Assembly: GCF_008065095.1 (NCBI RefSeq)
Contig: NZ_CP042911.1
Coordinates: 3,090,001-3,122,000 of the forward strand
Direction of reading: 5' to 3'
DNA length: 32,000 bases
Source: Gemmata obscuriglobus
Lineage (GTDB): Bacteria > Planctomycetota > Planctomycetia > Gemmatales > Gemmataceae
Below the pieces are notes generated by a model. The model saw only the letters and a program-made list of their open reading frames with translations, was not told where the DNA came from and made no database searches. Below are positions 7,745-14,077 of the stretch, piece after piece. Every line of letters begins with the position of its first letter. Position 1 is the first letter of the stretch. Position numbers and translations under genes: made by a program.

Positions 7745-7752
7745 AGCTGGCT

Positions 7753-9411
7753 TTGATCTCCGCACTGCGCCGCTACAATTTCGATTCATCTGCCATCCCT
7801 TTCGACCCGGCGAGGCCGCCCGTGTCCGACGACGCCGTTCCGTTGCCGCCCCCCCGTACCAGCTACGACGAGGTGCCGTACGAGAGCCACCCGTACCCGC
7901 AGGCGCACCCGTCCCGGCTTGCGGCCGTGGCCACCCTGTTCGGGCTCACCCCGCCCGCGGTCGAGACCGCGCGGGTGCTCGAACTCGGGTGCGCGGCCGG
8001 CGGGCACCTGATCCCGATGGCTGCCGCGTTCCCCAGCGCCACCTTCGTCGGCGTCGATCTGTCCGCCCGGCAGATCGCCGACGGCCGCGACCAGGTCACC
8101 CGGCTCGGGCTCACCAATATCGAGCTGCGGCACGCCAGCATCCTGGACGTGGACGACTCGTACGGGTCGTTCGACTACGTCCTGTGCCACGGGGTGTTCT
8201 CGTGGGTCCCGGCCCCGGTACAAGAAAAGATCCTGGCCGTGTGCGCCCGGCACCTGAGCCCGCACGGGATCGGGTACGTGAGCTACAACACGTACCCGGG
8301 TTGGCACATGCGCGGCATGATCCGCGACATGATGCGGTTCCACGCCGCCAAGTTCGCCGCGCCGGCCGAGCGCACCCGCCAGGCCCGGGCGCTGCTCGAC
8401 TTCCTGGCCGAGTCCGCCAAGCCCGGCACCGAGCTGTACCCGGCGCTGCTCAAGAAGGAACTCGAGGCGGTCCGGCACCAGGCCGACCACTACCTGTTCC
8501 ACGAGCACCTGGAGGAGGTGAACGAGCCCCTGTACTTCCATCAGTTCGTGGACCGGGCCGGCGCACACGGTCTTCGGTACCTGGGCGAGGCGCGGGTCGC
8601 CACCATGCTCCCGGGGCCACTCGGCCCGGACGTCGAGAAGGCCCTGAAGCTGCTCGCCACCGACCAGGTCCAGACCGAGCAGTACCTGGACTTCCTGCGC
8701 AACCGCACGTTTCGCGAGACCCTAGTGGTCCACGCCCGCAACGTGCCGAGCTGGCAGATCCGGCCCGAGCCGGTGGGGCGGCTGCACATCGCGTCCGGAG
8801 CCGCGCCGGTCGGCACCGAGTCACCGGACGTGCGGTCGGATGCGGTGGTCCAGTACCGTGGCCCGTCCGGGGTGACGCTGTCCACCGCCCGCCCGCTGCT
8901 CAAGGCCGCGATGGCGGTGCTGGCCGACGCGTGGCCTGCTACGGTGCCGTTCGCCGAACTGCTGACCCAAAGCCGCGAGCGGTGCGGCTCGACGGAGGGG
9001 GGCGAAAACGACGCCCGCGGTCTCGCCGCCGGGTTGGTAGACAGCTACCTGGGGTCCGACCTGATCGAGTTGCACGGCGTCCCGGTCGTGGCGCAGCGGG
9101 TAGCGGGGGAGCGACCGGTGGCGTTCGGCCCGGCGCGGGTGCGGGCCGCTCAGAACCGACCGATCCCGACCGTGCGGCACGAGTTGGCCCGGCTCCCGGA
9201 TCTGGAACGCCGGCTGTTGCCACTGCTGGACGGCACCCGTGACCGTGCGGCGTTGACCGAAGTGCTGGCCGGTGAGGTGGCCACGGGTCGGTTGCAGTTG
9301 GAGCGTGACGGCCGCCCGCTGCACGACCCGACCGAGGTGCGGGCCACCCTGACCGCGATCCTCGACCAGGCGCTCGCCGGCCTTGCCCGGCAGGCGCTGC
9401 TCGTCGGGTGA
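7753..9411 (+). CDS. Class I SAM-dependent methyltransferase with a C-terminal methyltransferase-regulatory-type domain
   Basis: SAM motif I is VLELGCAAGGHL. Followed by FVGVDLS, ELRHASILDV and DYVLCHGVFSWV. The conserved N-terminus SYDEVPYESHPYPQAHP is typical of this family. The start is uncertain: TTG 7753 (track), or GTG 7822 preceded by GAGG at 7812-7815. Confidence 0.85.
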   Translation: MISALRRYNFDSSAIPFDPARPPVSDDAVPLPPPRTSYDEVPYESHPYPQAHPSRLAAVATLFGLTPPAVETARVLELGCAAGGHLIPMAAAFPSATFVGVDLSARQIADGRDQVTRLGLTNIELRHASILDVDDSYGSFDYVLCHGVFSWVPAPVQEKILAVCARHLSPHGIGYVSYNTYPGWHMRGMIRDMMRFHAAKFAAPAERTRQARALLDFLAESAKPGTELYPALLKKELEAVRHQADHYLFHEHLEEVNEPLYFHQFVDRAGAHGLRYLGEARVATMLPGPLGPDVEKALKLLATDQVQTEQYLDFLRNRTFRETLVVHARNVPSWQIRPEPVGRLHIASGAAPVGTESPDVRSDAVVQYRGPSGVTLSTARPLLKAAMAVLADAWPATVPFAELLTQSRERCGSTEGGENDARGLAAGLVDSYLGSDLIELHGVPVVAQRVAGERPVAFGPARVRAAQNRPIPTVRHELARLPDLERRLLPLLDGTRDRAALTEVLAGEVATGRLQLERDGRPLHDPTEVRATLTAILDQALAGLARQALLVG

Positions 9412-9454
9412 ACGCATACCCGATGCGTTGCCATGCTGCTCAAATGTAGCTCAA

Positions 9455-9513
9455 CCCCGCCGAGGGAGACAACTCGGCGGGGGACACGTTCTCGCGGTTG
9501 TTTTTACCGCGGG
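9455..9513 (+). terminator. Two tandem GC-rich hairpins downstream of the methyltransferase gene (terminator-like)
   Basis: CCCCGCCGAG (9455-9464) pairs with CTCGGCGGGG (9473-9482), a 10-bp stem with an 8-nt loop. CTCGCGG (9491-9497) pairs with CCGCGGG (9507-9513) around a T-rich loop TTGTTTTTA, followed by TCTTCTC. There is no classical long U-tract. Confidence 0.4.
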
Positions 9514-9704
9514 TCTTCTCGAGTCGCTTGCGTTGTCGCGTGGCGAATGCGCGAGCCGCATTCGTGACCGATGAGTGCCTCAACCTCGCAAACCGTCGCG
9601 CCCTTTTGCCACCCTTTTCTGACCCATCCGGCCGCCACCTGTCAGCTTCTGCGGCGCAGCCGGCGTTGCTCGTGATTATTACACCTACTTAATCGTCGCT
9701 TACC

Positions 9705-9731
9705 ATGCCGGAGATGCCGGACATGCTGGAT
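9705..9731 (+). repeat. Three tandem 9-mers: ATGCCGGAG / ATGCCGGAC / ATGCTGGAT
   Basis: Read directly at 9705-9713, 9714-9722 and 9723-9731. They would open an 17-codon mini-ORF MPEMPDMLDDFPPLQRR* (9705-9758). Confidence 0.7.
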
Positions 9732-9772
9732 GACTTCCCGCCGCTCCAACGGCGATGACTGCCCTCGGGGCT

Positions 9773-9809
9773 CCCGCAATTCCCGCAAAACGTCCCGCAA
9801 CACCCGCAA
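9773..9809 (+). repeat. Four direct CCCGCAA repeats with an average spacing of about 10 bp
   Basis: CCCGCAA at 9773-9779, 9782-9788, 9794-9800 and 9803-9809 (start-to-start 9, 12, 9 nt). A degenerate CACGCAA lies at 9823-9829. Confidence 0.7.
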
Positions 9810-9887
9810 TTCCTTGTGATTTCACGCAACCCAACTACCCCCTTGCAAAGCCGCCGCGATGTGCGAAAATGCTTGAAGTTTAAGGCA

Positions 9888-9962
9888 TTCCAGAGACGGG
9901 CGAGGGGTTCTGTTGGTCTCCTGTTAACCGCTAGGTTCTTGGTTCGAATCCAAGTCGGGGAG
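9888..9962 (+). other. Degenerate tRNA-like element (tRNA pseudogene or att-site remnant)
   Basis: Canonical T-arm CTTGG-TTCGAAT-CCAAG at 9938-9954, followed by the 3' acceptor TCGGGGA (9955-9961). The putative 5' acceptor TTCCAGA (9888-9894) pairs 6/7, giving 75 nt in total. The D-stem needs two G-U pairs. The anticodon stem pairs only 4/5, and the loop TCCTGTT lacks U33 and a purine at position 37. Confidence 0.35.
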
Positions 9963-10574
9963 CTGAGTCAGCGGGTGCGGAATAACGCCCCCACGAGTTA
10001 ACGTGTACAGCCGGGAGCACCAACTCCCTGCCATCGCCATTTCGGCCACGTTTCCGGGCACTTTGTTGCTGCTCACCCATTCGGCAAAAGCCTCGGGTTC
10101 GACGGAGACATCTCGGGGGCCGGGCCGAACTCCGCCGTTCCAACTCGCACCCCGAACTTCTCGCCCCAACAGTCTCGCGCTCTCGCCGAGGGACCACCCC
10201 ACACGTTAACACCAGGTTCGCCTCGCACTCCGATCGAGATCCGAACTCGTGAGTCGGCATTGCGGAACTCCAAATTGTGTGGGGAACCGGTCGCACGATG
10301 ACCGCTTGAGACGGCGCGTAGGGTGCACCCCGGGGCCGTCCGGCTTCCGGCGGCTCGGCACGGCCCTTCCGGGCGCCGCTTCCTTGTCTTACCCGAGTTG
10401 CGGGCCGATAATCTCCTCAAGTCCGATGCTCTCAACGGGGGCAATGTGCCACGGGCCGCGGCCCCTCCTGCGTCGAATCGTTCCATTGGCCGGCCGAGTG
10501 CCCTGACCCGCGTGCTCCACGGACCCGCCGCACACCACGAGCCGCCGGCCCACCGCACCCATACGAGTGAACCC

Positions 10575-11132
10575 ATGTCAAGCGATTACAAGCCCTACCA
10601 CGCCGTGAATCCGAAGAACCCCACGGTGTTCTTCGACATCGCCATCGGCGGCCAGGCCGCCGGGCGGATCGAGATGGAACTGTTCGCCGACACGTGCCCC
10701 AAAACCGCCGAGAACTTCCTCCAACTGTGCGTCGGCGCCACGAGCAAGACGGGGACTCCGCTCGCCTACAAGGGGTCGTCGTTCCACCGCGTGATCCCCG
10801 GTTTTATGTGCCAGGGCGGGGACTTCACCCGTGGGGACGGGCGGGGCGGCGAGTCGATCTACGGCGGCCGGTTCGACGACGAGACGTTCGAGGGCAAAGC
10901 CGGCCAGCACTTCGGCCCGGGCGCCCTGTCGATGGCGAACGCTGGCCCCAACACCAACGGTTCCCAGTTCTTCTTGTGTACCGCCGCGACCCCGCACCTG
11001 GACGGGCGGCACGTCGTGTTCGGGCAGGTGGTGAAAGGGTACGACGTGGTCCAGAAGATCGAAGCGGTCGGCTCGCGGAGCGGGCAGACGTCGGCCAAGG
11101 TCACCATCAGCGACTGCGGCCGGGTCGAGTAG
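10575..11132 (+). CDS. Cyclophilin-type peptidyl-prolyl cis-trans isomerase (185 aa)
   Basis: [48 protein letters not shown]...[16 protein letters not shown]...[10 protein letters not shown] is the classical cyclophilin signature. The ATG at 10575 is in frame with track ORF 10323..11132, whose upstream 84 codons look non-coding. Confidence 0.93.
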   Translation: MSSDYKPYHAVNPKNPTVFFDIAIGGQAAGRIEMELFADTCPKTAENFLQLCVGATSKTGTPLAYKGSSFHRVIPGFMCQGGDFTRGDGRGGESIYGGRFDDETFEGKAGQHFGPGALSMANAGPNTNGSQFFLCTAATPHLDGRHVVFGQVVKGYDVVQKIEAVGSRSGQTSAKVTISDCGRVE

Positions 11133-11255
11133 TTCGGGCAGGGCGGGCCGCACCGGTGGGCCGAACTCTCATCGCGGTCGGCGCTCTGTGGGCAAGATAA
11201 ACGTTCCGGACTGTCGCTTCGGGTTGCCAGAAGCGGTGGGCGGCGCCGTCATCGG

Positions 11256-13430
11256 TCAGGGAGCGAGTACGACATCGAAGGCGCGAGCGAACCGAGCGAG
11301 GCTGTCGTCAAGCGGGGGCAGCAGCACCCCGCGCTCGGTACCGAGCGCGCTGTACGGGGGGCGGGGGGCGGGCCAACAGAACGAGTGCGCCGGCCGCCCG
11401 ATCACGCCCGAACACGCCAGCCCCGCCCGGCGCGCCGCGGCCCGGGCGAGGGCCGCCCAACTCATGGAGTCCGGCGGGGCCAGGTGCCACAGCCCGCACG
11501 CGCCGTCGATCAGCAGGTCCAGAGCCTCGGACACCAGATCGGGCAGGTACGCGGGCGTGGTGACCAGGTCGTCGGCGGCGGGGAAAGGCACGCCCGTCCG
11601 GAGCGCCCGGAGCGCCTGAGCAACAAAATTGCGCCCGTCCCACGGGCCGAACAGCGGGCCGGTGCGGATGACCAGCGCGCCAGCGTGTGAGGTAAGTACC
11701 CGGCGCTCGGCCTCAGCCTTGGCCGCGCCGTACACGCTCAGCGGCTCCGGGGCCGCGCCCTCAAAATAGGGGCGCGTGGACCGGCCGTCGAACACCAGGT
11801 CGGTCGAAAAGGTGACGAGCGGCAACCCGGCGGTGGCGCACGCGGCGGCTAGCACGGCCGGCCCGTCGGCGTTGTGCCGGCGGCACCGCTCGGCCTCGGC
11901 CTCGGCCGCGTCCACCTTTGCGTACCCGGCCGCGTTCACCACCGCCCACGGCCGCAGCCGGGTCAGCGCCGCGCCGACGGACGCCGGGTCCGTGATGTCG
12001 CACTCGTCACGGGCCGGGGCGGCGACCGCGAGCCCGCGGCACGCGCAGGCCCGGAGGAACGCCGCGCCGAGCGGCCCGGCCCCGCCCGTGAGGAGGATCG
12101 GCCGGGCCCGCGTGACGGCCGGCCCTTGCGATGCCGCCGGGCGGTCGGGGAACAGCAACCGGTCGGGTCGCCGCCACCACCCCGGGCTGTCGAGCACCGG
12201 GTGCACCGGTTCCGCGCCGCCCGCCAGTTGCTTGACCAGTCCGGCGACCGCGGTCGGGCGCGGCGGGTCCGCCCGGGCGTCGAACGCGCCCGGCTCGTAG
12301 CTCCCGCGCTCTTCGGTGACGAGCGAGTCCCAGTCGTGCGCCCCGAACACCGACCACGCGGTGACGGCCCGCACGTCGGCCCCGGCCGCGCGGGCGGCGC
12401 ACGCGCCCCGCCACACGTCCGCGAGCCAGCGCACCTGCTCCTCGCGGGTGCAGCCCAGGTGCGCCTCGGTCACCGCGACCGGGCGCCGGTACCGCTCCCA
12501 CGCTTCGGCGAGCATGCCGCCCGCTCCCGCGATCCCGGCCGGAAGGACGCGCACGGCTTCCGTGTCCGCGTAAGCGTGCTTGCCGTTTCCCCCCCGCGCG
12601 GCCGGCGGGTACCGCTCCGATCGCGGATCGAGGTATCGCTCGCTCGTGACGTAATAGTTCGCCCCGAGCACGTCCGGGGGGCACGGGTTACGACGGAACC
12701 AGTCCATCTCGGCCGTCGGGACCCCGGCCCGGCGCAAGTAGCCCGCGAGCGGGTGCCGCTCGCCCACCCGGCCGCACAGCAGGTCCCACGAGAGCCACCG
12801 CCGCGCGTTCTCGAACTCGGCCTGGTACGCCAGCACGGGCGGCGCGTAGGTCTTGCCCAGGTCTTCGGTCTGGATCAGGCGCGCGGCCGGGTTGACCGCC
12901 CGCACCGCCCGCATCGCGAGCACGACCGCCCGGCACTGGGTGAGCAGGCACCGGACGAACGTGGCGTCGTCGCGGCCGTGCGGGTGCCAGTACCCGTACA
13001 GCCCGGCGAACCGGGCCGTGGTGAGGGGCTCGTTCACCGGCGTGTACGCGTCCGCCCACGGGTACCGCTCGGCGACCCGCGCGGCGAACGCGGCCAGGCC
13101 GTCGGCGAAGGCCGGGTCGGTGAGCGACGTGTGCGGCGGGCCGCTGCCGTGGTGAACCAGCCCGAGGATCGGCCGCACGCCCGCCCGCCGCAGCCGGTCG
13201 AGCCGGTCGTCGGTACGGCCCCACTCCCCCGGGTCGGCCGCGTGCCGCTCCCAGAGCACCGGGTACCGGACGGCCGCGACCCCCAAAGCGACGAGCCGCT
13301 CGATGTCCCCCGGCCGGCGCTCGTGCCCGCCGCGGGCGAGCTGGTCGTGGTACCGGTCGCCGACGCGGTTCACCGTGCACTCGACCCCGGCCCACACCTC
13401 GGGCCGGTCGCGGTCGGTCGCCCCACCCAT
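11256..13430 (-). CDS. Fusion protein: N-terminal GH1-like TIM-barrel glycosidase domain (~12105-13430) plus C-terminal RmlD-like (dTDP-4-dehydrorhamnose reductase/SDR) domain (~11256-12104)
   Basis: The N-terminal half has GH1-type motifs: TPVNEP (acid/base NEP) and VAVTEAHLG (nucleophile TE). The C-terminal half has ILLTGGAGPLG (Rossmann), ...DITD...VVNAAGY...N..G...LA......PLVTFSTDLVFDG...PY.E...P.PLSVYGAAKAEAE (the YxxxK catalytic motif of the RmlD/SDR family). Confidence 0.85.
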   Translation of the reverse strand: MGGATDRDRPEVWAGVECTVNRVGDRYHDQLARGGHERRPGDIERLVALGVAAVRYPVLWERHAADPGEWGRTDDRLDRLRRAGVRPILGLVHHGSGPPHTSLTDPAFADGLAAFAARVAERYPWADAYTPVNEPLTTARFAGLYGYWHPHGRDDATFVRCLLTQCRAVVLAMRAVRAVNPAARLIQTEDLGKTYAPPVLAYQAEFENARRWLSWDLLCGRVGERHPLAGYLRRAGVPTAEMDWFRRNPCPPDVLGANYYVTSERYLDPRSERYPPAARGGNGKHAYADTEAVRVLPAGIAGAGGMLAEAWERYRRPVAVTEAHLGCTREEQVRWLADVWRGACAARAAGADVRAVTAWSVFGAHDWDSLVTEERGSYEPGAFDARADPPRPTAVAGLVKQLAGGAEPVHPVLDSPGWWRRPDRLLFPDRPAASQGPAVTRARPILLTGGAGPLGAAFLRACACRGLAVAAPARDECDITDPASVGAALTRLRPWAVVNAAGYAKVDAAEAEAERCRRHNADGPAVLAAACATAGLPLVTFSTDLVFDGRSTRPYFEGAAPEPLSVYGAAKAEAERRVLTSHAGALVIRTGPLFGPWDGRNFVAQALRALRTGVPFPAADDLVTTPAYLPDLVSEALDLLIDGACGLWHLAPPDSMSWAALARAAARRAGLACSGVIGRPAHSFCWPAPRPPYSALGTERGVLLPPLDDSLARFARAFDVVLAP

Positions 13431-13478
13431 CGCTCCGCCCTCTGGAGGAATGAAACCCCGGCCCTCGGCCGCCTACGG

Positions 13479-13877
13479 TCACTGCGGCCGGCGGGACCAG
13501 AAGGCGTGTCGCCCGGTTCGGCCGCCGCACCGCGGGCAGGTGGGGAAGTACTCGCGGTCCACGCTGGCCTCGTGCCCGCACCGGCGGCCGGCGCGGACCG
13601 GCACCGGCAGCCCGCACCGCTCGCAGTCGTGCAGCGGCTCGGCCTCGTCGTCCCGCAGGTACACCTCGACCAGCTCGGTCGGCAGCGCGTCCGGCAGCGG
13701 CCGCCGGTCGGTGTCGAGTCGCGCCAGGAGGGCGCGGAGCCCGCGGCCCCCGCAGTGCGGGTCGGTGAGCAGGACCCGCACCCGCCCGCGCTGGGCGGCG
13801 GGCACCGCCGCGAGGAACATGCCCAGCGTCTCACTGGCTCCGTCGGTCCCCGCCGCGGCGGGGTCGTTGCGCGTCAT
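13479..13877 (-). CDS. Hypothetical Zn-ribbon protein (132 aa)
   Basis: Strong GC3 bias in this frame. Two CxxC pairs: DCERCG...TCPRCGG. It fits the gap between the two flanking minus-strand genes, 48 nt from the next start. Confidence 0.55.
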   Translation of the reverse strand: MTRNDPAAAGTDGASETLGMFLAAVPAAQRGRVRVLLTDPHCGGRGLRALLARLDTDRRPLPDALPTELVEVYLRDDEAEPLHDCERCGLPVPVRAGRRCGHEASVDREYFPTCPRCGGRTGRHAFWSRRPQ

Positions 13878-13985
13878 CAGGTCGTCTCCGCACCTACGTG
13901 GATCGGATCGGCCTCCGTGCCGGGGTGTTGGGGCGAACTGACTGGTACTTTTGGGCGACTGCCCTCATACACGTGCCTGGTGGTA

Positions 13986-14059
13986 GTGTCGCTTTTCTCG
14001 ACGAGCCAGGGAGCGGTGCCACGTACCCCCGCTCCCTGGCTCGTCGAGAAAAGCGACAC
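13986..14059. repeat. Perfect 31-bp inverted repeat with a 12-nt spacer (74-nt palindromic element)
   Basis: GTGTCGCTTTTCTCGACGAGCCAGGGAGCGG (13986-14016), spacer TGCCACGTACCC, then CCGCTCCCTGGCTCGTCGAGAAAAGCGACAC (14029-14059). Checked base by base. It lies 19 nt 3' of the stop of the 14078..16783 gene and 109 nt 5' of the 13877 start. Confidence 0.9.
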
Positions 14060-14077
14060 CCATTGCGGGTTCATGTA

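Noticed and set aside
9988-10211. 10-bp inverted repeat GTTAACGTGT (9988-9997) and ACACGTTAAC (10202-10211)
   Set aside because: Six of the ten bases are the self-complementary GTTAAC. The arms are about 200 bp apart with nothing recognisable between them. This is compatible with chance.
10323-10574. N-terminal 84-codon extension of the cyclophilin ORF
   Set aside because: The extension is Pro/Arg/Ala-rich and unlike any cyclophilin leader. The conserved domain starts right after the ATG at 10575.
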